From Ilumatobacteraceae bacterium (lineage in GTDB: Bacteria; Actinomycetota; Acidimicrobiia; Acidimicrobiales; Ilumatobacteraceae), in NCBI GenBank assembly GCA_031370745.1, contig JANMQX010000093.1, positions 1 to 51,369 of the forward strand: a stretch of DNA of 51,369 nt, given 5' to 3'. Every line of letters starts with the position of its first letter. Position 1 is the stretch's first letter. The position numbers and the translations under genes are program-made. Below, piece by piece: positions 41,884 to 51,008 of this stretch. Below the pieces are notes generated by a model. That model saw only the letters and a list, made by a program, of their open reading frames with translations. It did no database searches and was not told the DNA's origin.

Positions 41884-44349
41884 TCAGAGGTCACCGGAGC
41901 GTTGCAACGCAACAAGCGCTCCCCAGCCTGGCAGCAGTGGGATCCAGAACGTCGCCAGGCGAAACAGGATGACGGCGGCGACTGCGGTGCTGCTGGTCAT
42001 TCCCGCTGAGGTCAATCCCGCGATCAGCGTCGCTTCCACGGCTCCGATCCCACCGGGGGTGGGAGCGACCGACGACACCACTGAGCCAACGAGGTAGACG
42101 AGAGCGACCGACGTGAACGCCGGGCCCGCTCCGAACGCGGACACGGCAACTTCCAACGCGAGGATGTACCCCAACGTGATGGCCAGCGAGCCGCCGAACA
42201 GTTCGATCATCTTGCCAGGCTGGTGAGCGATCTCGCTGACGTTGGCCAGCGAGCGCTTCGTTGCCGGCCACACGCGAGTAGTGAGCAATGCGCGGCTCCA
42301 TGGGACAGCCACACCGGTCGCTGCAACCAGCGCTACACCGGCGGCGATCAATCCGATCGTGCCCCACGAGGGCAGGTCGAAGGTCTTCAGCCCTGAGGAG
42401 CCGGCGAGGGCGATGAACAGGCCCGTCAAGGTGAGATGAACGATCACGCCGGCGATCGTGTCGACGCCCACGGCTGCGACAGCCGTCGTCGTGTCGATGC
42501 CGCGCTTCTGGAGGAATCGGGCGGTCAATGCCAGCCCGCCGCCGGGCGCGGCGACACCCACGAACGAGGTCGCCATCTGCACGCCGATGTTCGGGCCCAG
42601 TGGGAGATGCTCGGGCAGAGAGCCGGCGAGGGCCACGGCAGCGCCAACGTAGGTGAGGGCCGACAGAGCGAGGGCTGCGGCCGCCCACGACCAGTTGGCC
42701 CGCTGAAGCTCGCCCCATAGCGAGCCGAGGCCGAGGAATTGGGGAATGAGCGCCCACGCCGCCAGCGCCACCACAGCGATTGAGACAACCGTGCCCGTCG
42801 TGATCCTCTCCAGTTCGGCGATCGGGACGTTCTCGGCACCTGTCACGCGTTGGACCTCGGTGCGAAGGTCGTCGAGACACCCGGCAGCCTTGACGGCGGC
42901 TCGTGTCCTGTGAGTCAGCGCAAGCGGCTGCAAGCGGGGTAGGGCTGCTGCGACCGCAGCGGTGCCGACGCCGGCAACAGCGGATTCCACAGCGCGTTGA
43001 ACGCCGAGCGGCGCGGCTGTTGCTGCGAGCACCTCGGCAACATCGGTCGAGAGGGCAGAGCCGACGACGCCCAAGGAGGCTGAGGCGAAGCCGACGAGCA
43101 CGACGGCGCCTTCGTCGTCGACCCACAGGGCGTCGGCGTTGAGGCGGCGATGCACGGTGTGGCTCTGTTGGAGGGCGTTCACAATCGCCCAGACCGATTC
43201 CAAGAGTTGAGGCGTACGACGCGACGGATCGAGCTCGCTCAACGACTGCCGTGCATGAGCGTCGAACGCCATCATCATCGCGTTCGGGGGGAACTCGGCG
43301 ACCACCGCTAGGCGGGCAGTGGGAACACCGTCGGAGTGGGCTTTCAACGCGCAGAGGGCCTCGTGTTCGACCGCCGAACGAAGCGATCGGAACAGTCTGT
43401 CCTGGCCGACATCGCGGAATCGCGCCGCTCGGTACGTCTGCAAGGGGAGCAGCGCCGTCCACAGATCGCGATTGATGACCTTCACGATCAGCTGCTGGCC
43501 ATCGTCCATGTACACCTTGAATCCCGCGAAGCCGTGAAACCCTCCGAATCGTTCGACCGAGCAGACCCTGTAGCCCAGACGCTCGAGGATCTCGCCCACC
43601 GCCACGGCGCGCGGGCTTGTGTTGGGGGCTCCGCAGATCAGCTGCACAAGCGATGACGCGGCCGCTGCCATCGCAATGGCGGTCACGATCGTGGGCGGGT
43701 CCGCGAGACTGACGCCGAGCCGCGCAATGATCCCTAGGACAAGGACGACGCGACCGACCCGTCGCCAGCGTTCGGGCCAACGACCTCGGTCGACGAACAT
43801 CCAAGCGGCGATCACTCCCACGTCCAAAGTCGTCGGGAACGCGGCACCAATGCCGTATCCACTGAGGCCGTTGGCGCCCAGGCCCGAACCGGGCTGGGCG
43901 CTGTGCCGTGATGGCAGCAGAGGCAGCGCCGAGGTGCCGACAAGCTTCGACATCGTGATCAGGCCAGCGATGCAGACGACTGCGGCGAGCACCATTCGGC
44001 CGACCCGGACGAAGTGGCGGAGGACGAGTTGGCCGATGAACCCGAGAATCGCCGCAACGAGAAAGCCGAGTTGACAGATGCTGACGATGCCCGAAACAAG
44101 CCACCGCGGAGCTGAGCCGAGGAAGTCGCCGAAGTTGGTCGAAAACTGACTGACGTGGGCGCTTCGCAGCACAGCGTACGTGAAGCCGAGGACCACAAGC
44201 GACGCGACAAGTCTGATCGCGGTGACCGATGACCTCACATACGCCGGCTCAGCGGGCTCAGTCACCAAGAACGCTGGTCGCGCGGATGAGATGTCAAGCA
44301 TGGCGGATGAATTCTCGAGAAGGGATGCCTGATCGTAATCCGCGCCCAC
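41884..44349 (-). CDS. Polytopic membrane protein: N-terminal TMs, kinase-like (pseudokinase) module, C-terminal flippase-like (UPF0104/LPG_synthase_TM-type) domain
   Basis: 821 aa. Kinase-like aa ~255-430 (nt 43060-43587) has LIVKVINRD, EHEALCAL, HRRLNADAL (no catalytic Asp) and VGFASA in place of DFG. C-terminal ~300 aa are Gly/Ala-rich TMs ending ...PTPGGIGAVEATLIAGL...ILFRLATFWIPLLPGW, typical of the flippase-like family. Confidence 0.8.
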   Translation of the reverse strand: MGADYDQASLLENSSAMLDISSARPAFLVTEPAEPAYVRSSVTAIRLVASLVVLGFTYAVLRSAHVSQFSTNFGDFLGSAPRWLVSGIVSICQLGFLVAAILGFIGQLVLRHFVRVGRMVLAAVVCIAGLITMSKLVGTSALPLLPSRHSAQPGSGLGANGLSGYGIGAAFPTTLDVGVIAAWMFVDRGRWPERWRRVGRVVLVLGIIARLGVSLADPPTIVTAIAMAAAASSLVQLICGAPNTSPRAVAVGEILERLGYRVCSVERFGGFHGFAGFKVYMDDGQQLIVKVINRDLWTALLPLQTYRAARFRDVGQDRLFRSLRSAVEHEALCALKAHSDGVPTARLAVVAEFPPNAMMMAFDAHARQSLSELDPSRRTPQLLESVWAIVNALQQSHTVHRRLNADALWVDDEGAVVLVGFASASLGVVGSALSTDVAEVLAATAAPLGVQRAVESAVAGVGTAAVAAALPRLQPLALTHRTRAAVKAAGCLDDLRTEVQRVTGAENVPIAELERITTGTVVSIAVVALAAWALIPQFLGLGSLWGELQRANWSWAAAALALSALTYVGAAVALAGSLPEHLPLGPNIGVQMATSFVGVAAPGGGLALTARFLQKRGIDTTTAVAAVGVDTIAGVIVHLTLTGLFIALAGSSGLKTFDLPSWGTIGLIAAGVALVAATGVAVPWSRALLTTRVWPATKRSLANVSEIAHQPGKMIELFGGSLAITLGYILALEVAVSAFGAGPAFTSVALVYLVGSVVSSVAPTPGGIGAVEATLIAGLTSAGMTSSTAVAAVILFRLATFWIPLLPGWGALVALQRSGDL

Positions 44350-44530
44350 CGCGGCGCCCGGAGATTGGCGATACGACTGTGATCGACCTATTCGTCGCCA
44401 TCACGACCGCGCCGCCCTGCATAGACGAAGCGTCGCTTCGGTGGGCGGGTCGTTGGTCTGCCTCAGGTTCATGCCCACTTGGTCGAAGAATTCCTTGAGA
44501 CTGGCGTGACGACCACGATGAGAGGGTGGA

Positions 44531-47452
44531 ATGAGCAGGCTTCGGCACGGTGGGTCAGGAGATGAGGTCGCGTCCGCATCGGTGGCGAGGACGGACCTGT
44601 CTCCCATCGGTCTGGTCGGCCTGCCCTTGTCCGGACAGATCACGTCGTGGAATCGAGCGCCGACGCGGCGCCGACGAGCGAGCGGCATCGGGGCGGTCGA
44701 ATGTTTGTCGGTCGACGGACACCAGATCGGTTCTCGTCATCCACGGCTGACCAGTCTGCTGATCGATGCAGCCGATCGCCGTGAGATCACTGTGACGTTC
44801 CAGCCGGTCGTCGAGCTGACCACCGGTCGGATCATCGAGTTCGAAGCCCTCGCTCGTTGGAACTCGAGCGAGATCAGCGATGCCGATCCGACAACGTTCA
44901 TCGAGGCCGCGGAGGATGCCGGCCTCATCCACGAACTCGGACACATCGTGCTCGGGCGAAGCCTCGACATCGTGCTGACCGAACGCCTGGCCGGGCGGTG
45001 GGGCGACGGGCGAGTGTCGGTCAAGCTCTCCGCAGTGCAGTTGACGCATCCAGACCTGCCGAGCCGCGTCCTCGAAGCGCTCTGCACGCGTTCGCTCCCA
45101 GGCAATGTGCTGCAGCTGGAGCTGACAGAGACACGTCTGCTCCCGGGCATAGCGTCTGCGGCCGCACGTCTGGCCGGACTTCGGACACAGGGAGTTCGCA
45201 TCGCCATCGACGACTTCGGAACCGGCTGCGCCAACATGTCGTACCTCTGCGACCTGCCCGTCGATGCGATCAAGGTCGACGGGCGGTTCATCGCAGAAAT
45301 GTGCACCTCCCGCGCCGACGCAGCCGTGATCCGCTCGATCGTTTCACTGGCCAGTGAGCTGCACCTCGACGTGATCGCTGAGGGCGTCGAGACCGCGGAG
45401 CAGCACCTGGCTCTGATTCGCCTGGGGTGCGTTGCAGCGCAGGGACTCCTGTACTCGGGGTATCGGGAGTCGTCTGATCTCTACCAGACCGTCGTCCTCC
45501 CTCATCGGCCGCCGACTGCCGGGGTGCCGTATCCGGCCGACGAAGCCACGAGAGTCGCCGCGCTGCACAGCGCCGACGTTCTCGACACGCCGGCGGAGGA
45601 GGTGTACGACTCGATCGTTCGGGCAGCGGCCGATCTCTGCGGTACGCCGATCTCGCTCATCAGCCTGATCGACGAGGACAGGCAGTGGTTCAAAGCCAAG
45701 GTCGGCCTCGAAGCCGAGCAGACCTCTCGAGATGTGGCGTTCTGCGCGCATGCGATCTGTTCCGACGAGCTCATGGAGGTCGGTGACGCGCAGGAGGACG
45801 ATCGGTTTTCCTCGAATCCATTGGTGGTCGACGATCCCAAGGTGCGGTTCTATGCGGGAGCCCCGCTTCGCGCTGCTGCCGGCTACAGCTATGGCACGCT
45901 CTGTGTGATCGACACGGTCCCTCGGTTGCTCACCTCACAGCAACGCGATGGCTTGTCTCGGTTGGCTCGCCAAGCGACAGTGCTACTCGAGCTTCGTCAG
46001 TCGATGAATGAACTGAGTCACGCGTACAGTGAGCTCGAGTTCGCCCATCGCCAGCGAGATGCCATTGAGGCAAAGTTGCGACGCCAGGCGCACTACGACG
46101 CGTTGACCGATCTCCCCAACCGGGCCCTGTTGATGGAACGGATCGAGGCAGCGCTGAGCGACAGCGCGGAGACCGGACGGCCTCTGGCCATGCTGATCTG
46201 CGACCTGGACGACTTCAAGCTCGTCAACGACGGGCTCGGCCACCCGGCCGGCGACCAACTCCTGGTGGAGGTCGCCCGTCGTCTTCGCAGCTGCGTCCGC
46301 GAAACCGACACAGTCGCACGATTCGGTGGAGACGAGTTCGTCGTTCTTGTCAACAATGCCGACCAACACACCATCGTCATGCTCGCCAACCGCATCCTCG
46401 ACCAGATGGCTGCCCCGATCTCGATCGGCGGTCGAGACGACATCAGATCATCCATCTCGATCGGTGTCGCCAGCCAGACGCCTGGAGTCGGCGGCGACGA
46501 CCTGCTCAGCAACGCCGATACCGCCATGTACCAGGCCAAGGCATTGGGCGGAGGACGGATGTGCCAGTACGACGCAACGTTGCGGGCCGACGTCTTCGAC
46601 CGGTTGACCATCGCTGCGGAACTGCGAGCCGCCGTGGTGAAAAATGAACTCTTCTGCCTCCACCAGCCCGAGATCGACCTGCTGACGGGTGAACTTTTCG
46701 GCTTGGAGTCATTGGCCCGATGGGACCACCCATCTCGAGGGATCATGCTGCCCGATCACTTCGTACCGATCCTCGAGTCGGCCAACGGAATCGGCGCGCT
46801 GTTCGAGCGGGTGCTGCAGCTCACGCTGGCGGCGCAATCCCGATGGGCCGCCGAGTTGGGCTGCTGGCCATCGGTTGCAATCAACCTGTCGGCCCGACAA
46901 CTCGACGACTCGAACCTGGCGAACACGGTTCGTGACGCACTGGCCCAGTTCTCGGCGCCGGCGGATTCGCTGTGGCTGGAGGTGACCGAGAGCGCCCTGA
47001 CTTCGACCTCATCGTTCGACACGCTCAACGAGATCCACCGGATTGGCGTCCACCTCGCCATCGACGACTTCGGAGTCGGATGGTCATCGATCGCGCGTCT
47101 GTCGTTGTTTCCCTGGGACCTGCTGAAGATCGATCGCAGCTTCATTGCACCGCTCGGCCAGGCCGACAATGCTCAGCACGTCGTCCAGGGGATCATTTCG
47201 CTGGCGCATTCACTCGGTATGCGTACGGTGGCAGAGGGGGTCGAGACCGTCGAGCAACTACGTCGTCTTCGCGACCTCGGATGTGACATCGTCCAGGGCT
47301 ACTTCATCGACTGGCCGTTGCATGCGACCGACGTGTTGCCACGGATGAGGCTGCTCAAACGAGGCGACCGGTCAACCGACGCGATCGGCTGGGACGCGTC
47401 GGCGATGTCCGCGATTCAAGGAGCCCGCAAAACATCCAATAACGCTTCTTGA
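44531..47452 (+). CDS. EAL-GAF-GGDEF-EAL multidomain c-di-GMP turnover protein
   Basis: EAL1: EFEALARW, ELTE, DDFGTGCANMSYL, KVDGRF, EGVETAEQ. GAF: DSIVRAAADLCGTPISLISLIDEDRQWFKAKVG...FYAGAPL. GGDEF: RETD-TVARF-GGDEF. EAL2: LESLARW, INLSARQL, LEVTES, DDFGVGWSSI, KIDRSF, EGVET, QGYF. Start uncertain: ATG 44531 or TTG 44705. Confidence 0.9.
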   Translation: MSRLRHGGSGDEVASASVARTDLSPIGLVGLPLSGQITSWNRAPTRRRRASGIGAVECLSVDGHQIGSRHPRLTSLLIDAADRREITVTFQPVVELTTGRIIEFEALARWNSSEISDADPTTFIEAAEDAGLIHELGHIVLGRSLDIVLTERLAGRWGDGRVSVKLSAVQLTHPDLPSRVLEALCTRSLPGNVLQLELTETRLLPGIASAAARLAGLRTQGVRIAIDDFGTGCANMSYLCDLPVDAIKVDGRFIAEMCTSRADAAVIRSIVSLASELHLDVIAEGVETAEQHLALIRLGCVAAQGLLYSGYRESSDLYQTVVLPHRPPTAGVPYPADEATRVAALHSADVLDTPAEEVYDSIVRAAADLCGTPISLISLIDEDRQWFKAKVGLEAEQTSRDVAFCAHAICSDELMEVGDAQEDDRFSSNPLVVDDPKVRFYAGAPLRAAAGYSYGTLCVIDTVPRLLTSQQRDGLSRLARQATVLLELRQSMNELSHAYSELEFAHRQRDAIEAKLRRQAHYDALTDLPNRALLMERIEAALSDSAETGRPLAMLICDLDDFKLVNDGLGHPAGDQLLVEVARRLRSCVRETDTVARFGGDEFVVLVNNADQHTIVMLANRILDQMAAPISIGGRDDIRSSISIGVASQTPGVGGDDLLSNADTAMYQAKALGGGRMCQYDATLRADVFDRLTIAAELRAAVVKNELFCLHQPEIDLLTGELFGLESLARWDHPSRGIMLPDHFVPILESANGIGALFERVLQLTLAAQSRWAAELGCWPSVAINLSARQLDDSNLANTVRDALAQFSAPADSLWLEVTESALTSTSSFDTLNEIHRIGVHLAIDDFGVGWSSIARLSLFPWDLLKIDRSFIAPLGQADNAQHVVQGIISLAHSLGMRTVAEGVETVEQLRRLRDLGCDIVQGYFIDWPLHATDVLPRMRLLKRGDRSTDAIGWDASAMSAIQGARKTSNNAS

Positions 47453-49320
47453 GAGTGAACGCCGACCAGCCGATACACGTGCGCGAGATGGTTTCGTACC
47501 GTCGAGCGACTGATGTAGAGCGCGGCAGAGATCGAGGCCACGCGTTGACCCCGAAGAAGTCGTTCCACGATGTCACGCTGCCGTGCCGTGAGGTCGAGCC
47601 CATCGAACGTTGTGCTAAGGCTGCGATCGGGCCTGGATGCGACCGTCATCTCGACGTCCGCGGCATCGACTTCGGATCCGATGCGCCTGATGTGGCGTTC
47701 GAGTTTGGCGATCTTGTCGACCATCGACCGCGTGCCGATACTCGCTGACAACACGAAGGCAAAAGTGTTGCGCTCGACGACGGGAGACTCGGTGCTCGAA
47801 GGTCCGACAGGCCGCCGTTTGATCGTGAACAGTTGACATTGGCACAGCACCCAGCCCAGCTCGGAATGGGGGAGTCGAACCGCGCCGGCCGCGCTGCCGT
47901 TGCGCCTGAGCGATTCCAGCATCGCGTCGACGATGTCGACGTCGTCAGGGTGACCTGCCAGCCTGAGGGAAACGCTGAGCGCACCGCTCAGTTCGGTCTC
48001 CATGGACGAGATGGCAGTGGAGACACTCGTGACCGCACCGTTCAGATCGATCGCTCCTGCGACGAGAGCCGTTGCGAACGGATCGTCGGACCCTCGCCCT
48101 GCCGTGGCTTCGATGTCGGCGGGGACCGTCAGGACGACCGCCAACGCACCGGACGAGACGAGCAGCCGACGTACGGAGGTCAGCACCGCAAGGGGTCCAT
48201 CTGCAGTCATCAGGGTTCGTTGAGCGCGGTACGAATCGGTCGCACCCGAACACAACGCCATCAGGGCCTTGTCGGTCTTGCGCAGATCGATGGGATCGGA
48301 AAGGGCTCGAGCGTGCAGCGGGCCCGGCTCCAGCGTCGCCAGTCCGAACAACGCTCGTGCGGCCTCGTTCGCAGATTGGAGATCTCCGTCCGGAAGGCTG
48401 TACACCACGAGCGGCGGGTGCAGCGCTTCGTTCTCGGCTGTCGCATCTTTGTCGGACGTGGTGCCGCAGGAAAGCGTCTGGCACCCCTCCTGAGACAGCG
48501 GCGCTGGTTCCCCGCCGAAGTCATACAACAATGAGTCGAGCGTTGAGAATTGATCACTCGAGACCACATCGACATCAATATTCGAACGAATTTCGGAGGG
48601 TCCCACGAGATACGTCGCCTCCAAGGCTTCCGAAATCTGCCCGCGCAGGAACTCACCACCCTGAGCGTCGGCGACTCCGGCGAACAGCATCAACTGATTC
48701 GTCGACGGACGGATTATCACATCGTCGGCGCGAGTGAGGCGGAGCACTCGGGCAACCGCGTGCACAACGAGGTCATCGCGGGTTCGGCGCCCATGACGCG
48801 ACTCGATCTCGGCCAGATCGGACAAGGTGATCGTCACGACAGCCAATGAACCGTTGTGAGACTGGGCGTCAGCAAGCATGCGCGCCAAACCCGGCACGGC
48901 CGCCGGTGTGGTCGCCAACAAGGTCACGGGGTCGTTCCCGTGGTCGAGTGCGCGCACGCGTCCAATGGCAAGTCGTGCGGTGATGTTCGTGTGCGTCAGC
49001 ACTGCTCCCGACATGAGCTCACCGAGCGACGTCGCCTCCAACGCAAACCACTCGTCTTCCGTCGACGAATGACACGGGTACTCGAACTCGAACCGCGGTC
49101 GATCACCAAGCAGGACGTCACGAATTCCCGCAGCAACGACGGCGGCGTCACAACGCTCGCAGACATCCAGGTAGTTGACTCCGCAGCCGACCGCCGAGTC
49201 GGCACACTCACGAGCACTGGCCGCTGCTCGCCATGCCGCATTGGTGAGGATGATCGTCCCGTCACGATCGACCACCACGATCATGTCGAGACTCTGATCG
49301 AGAACAGCCACCGCAGCCAT
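47416..49320 (-). CDS. PAS / degenerate-GGDEF / PAS-PAS / LuxR-HTH transcriptional regulator
   Basis: N-terminal PAS (IVVVDRDGTIILTNAAW...GVNYLDVCE...EWFALEAT), GGDEF-fold with STNQL in place of GGDEF, C-terminal LTARQRDIVERLLRGQRVASISAALYISRSTVRNHLAHVYRLVGV. Overlaps the upstream gene's 3' end by 37 nt, convergent. Confidence 0.85.
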   Translation of the reverse strand: MAAVAVLDQSLDMIVVVDRDGTIILTNAAWRAAASARECADSAVGCGVNYLDVCERCDAAVVAAGIRDVLLGDRPRFEFEYPCHSSTEDEWFALEATSLGELMSGAVLTHTNITARLAIGRVRALDHGNDPVTLLATTPAAVPGLARMLADAQSHNGSLAVVTITLSDLAEIESRHGRRTRDDLVVHAVARVLRLTRADDVIIRPSTNQLMLFAGVADAQGGEFLRGQISEALEATYLVGPSEIRSNIDVDVVSSDQFSTLDSLLYDFGGEPAPLSQEGCQTLSCGTTSDKDATAENEALHPPLVVYSLPDGDLQSANEAARALFGLATLEPGPLHARALSDPIDLRKTDKALMALCSGATDSYRAQRTLMTADGPLAVLTSVRRLLVSSGALAVVLTVPADIEATAGRGSDDPFATALVAGAIDLNGAVTSVSTAISSMETELSGALSVSLRLAGHPDDVDIVDAMLESLRRNGSAAGAVRLPHSELGWVLCQCQLFTIKRRPVGPSSTESPVVERNTFAFVLSASIGTRSMVDKIAKLERHIRRIGSEVDAADVEMTVASRPDRSLSTTFDGLDLTARQRDIVERLLRGQRVASISAALYISRSTVRNHLAHVYRLVGVHSQEALLDVLRAP

Positions 49321-49508
49321 GCGAGCGTCGCCCTGATCAGTAACGGCACCCGCGAGCTCAACGATCCATTAACCCTATCCAGGCGACTGAGCATCCCCCC
49401 GTTGGCCGACAGCTCGTAGTGGACCAGTCGATGTCCTTCACCGGCTCGTTCGGCGCCGGATCGCATCTCCGACCACCAACGAATCGCCGAACATCGTGCC
49501 GGGACGCG

Positions 49509-50474
49509 TCACTTGATGAGGCCGATGACCTCGCGGACTGCGTTCGCGACGAGTTCGGTATCGGCTTCGTCCATCCAGTGGGGCGCATTGACGACTCGCC
49601 ATGTTCCTGGCGACCAACTCTCGACCCAAGCTTTGCGCGTCGCGTCGTCGGCCTCCAGGCCGCGATCCGAGGCGTCCTTCGCCGCGAGGTATAGCAAGGG
49701 AACGGCGGGCTCTCGATCGCGGCGATCATGGATCCATTCTGCGAGACGACAGTTGTCCAGCTTTTCCAGGGAGTCAAACGCGTCGGCCTGGCGATTGGCC
49801 TCGAGGCAGGGCCCCTGAAAGTTCTCCCGCTTGTCGATGTCGTAGTCCACGCCGGTCGAGGAGTCGAGCAGCACGACGCCGACGACCCTCTCCGGGTGCG
49901 CCACCGCGTAAGCCGAGGCGACCAGTCCGCCGAATGACGCTCCGAGTAGCAAGAATGGACCGTGCTCGTCGAGCGCGGCGAGCAGGCCGTCGACATCGGC
50001 CATTACGTCCTCAGGGCTTTGTGTGCCATCGACTGTCTCGCTGCGACCGGTGTTGCGCCGTTCGTAGGAGCACACTCGAAACCCGGGCCCGAGGGCGTTC
50101 TCGATGCCGGGCGCGATCGCGACACCGCGCTTCGCTCGATCAGGTGCCCAGCCTGTGAAGTACACGATGGTGGGGGAACCCTCGCCGGCGCAGCGGGCAT
50201 TAATGCCGTGGCCGCGCACATCGACCAGACCTTCAACGGTGCCACCTGGTTTGACGGGTAGGGAGATCAACGGCTCCTTCGACGACACGGAGGCTGTCTC
50301 CGAGGACGGCGCCGTCGCATCCGTGGGATTTGTGGTCGCCGCCGTCGTCGTTACGAGGGACACCGTAGGGGTCGTTGCCTCGACGGCTTTCGACGGCGGG
50401 TCGGAGTCGCCGCCGCAGCCCGCCGTGACCAGCAGGCCAACCAACGCTGCGCCCATCATGATCCGGTTCCTCAT
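49509..50474 (-). CDS. Alpha/beta-hydrolase lipoprotein
   Basis: MRNRIMMGAALVGLLVTAGCGG (lipobox LVTAGC), Thr/Ser/Ala-rich linker, nucleophile elbow LLLGASFGGLV. The upstream 275 codons of the 596-aa track ORF are Arg/Pro-rich and antisense to the ArsR gene. Confidence 0.85.
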   Translation of the reverse strand: MRNRIMMGAALVGLLVTAGCGGDSDPPSKAVEATTPTVSLVTTTAATTNPTDATAPSSETASVSSKEPLISLPVKPGGTVEGLVDVRGHGINARCAGEGSPTIVYFTGWAPDRAKRGVAIAPGIENALGPGFRVCSYERRNTGRSETVDGTQSPEDVMADVDGLLAALDEHGPFLLLGASFGGLVASAYAVAHPERVVGVVLLDSSTGVDYDIDKRENFQGPCLEANRQADAFDSLEKLDNCRLAEWIHDRRDREPAVPLLYLAAKDASDRGLEADDATRKAWVESWSPGTWRVVNAPHWMDEADTELVANAVREVIGLIK

Positions 50475-50629
50475 CGCCCCCCGATCTGCCGGCAGGAACC
50501 TTAGTGCCCGCTCCGACACGGCCAGCGGCTTGTCGTGGCAGAGAAATCGGCGCCATTCCCGGCACTTCAGCGCAGTCCGCACAGCAACGGAACGGAACCA
50601 CCTCTCGGTCAGCGGCCTCCTCCCCGGGC

Positions 50630-50657
50630 TTGACGTATGCCGATATCGGAATATGAT
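50630..50657 (+). promoter_or_regulatory. Candidate promoter (TTGACG-16-TATGAT) with embedded 10-bp palindrome, driving a leaderless arsR-family mRNA
   Basis: TTGACG 50630-50635 and TATGAT 50652-50657. The perfect palindrome CCGATATCGG 50640-50649 lies in the spacer. ATG 50664 begins 7 nt after the -10 hexamer. Confidence 0.5.
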
Positions 50658-50663
50658 TGCGAC

Positions 50664-51005
50664 ATGGCACGAGCAGCGACGACGTCGGACGTCTTCAACG
50701 CGATCGCCGAGCAGCAACGCCGGGAGATCCTGGTGCTGCTGCGGGCGGGCGAGGGGCCGGTGACCGAGTTGGCCCAGGAGCTGGGAATGACCCAGACGGG
50801 GGCGTCCAAACACCTGCGGGTGCTCCGCGAGGTCGGACTGGTGCGGGACCGCAGGGCAGGCAAGCAACGCCTGTACGGCCTTGACGCCCGCGGGCTGCGA
50901 CCGGTTCACGAGTGGACCAGCGGCTTTGAGTGGTTCTGGAACGAGAGCTTCGACAGGCTGGACGAGTACGTACAGGACCTCAAGCAGGCAAGGCAGGAGG
51001 AGTAG
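50664..51005 (+). CDS. ArsR/SmtB-family transcriptional regulator
   Basis: MARAATTSDVFNAIAEQQRREILVLLRAGEGPVTELAQELGMTQTGASKHLRVLREVGLVRDRRAGKQRLYGL (winged HTH). The track ATG 50637 lies inside the predicted promoter. Confidence 0.88.
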   Translation: MARAATTSDVFNAIAEQQRREILVLLRAGEGPVTELAQELGMTQTGASKHLRVLREVGLVRDRRAGKQRLYGLDARGLRPVHEWTSGFEWFWNESFDRLDEYVQDLKQARQEE

Positions 51006-51008
51006 CTG

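Noticed and set aside
41891-44104. 737-aa ORF on the same strand as, and almost fully overlapping, the 821-aa membrane protein gene
   Set aside because: It is in a different frame and extremely Arg/Pro/Gly-rich with low complexity (RRRRRRRARRLRLSLLGRRR...). This is the typical alternative-frame artefact of high-GC DNA, whereas the 821-aa frame gives coherent TM helices and domain motifs.
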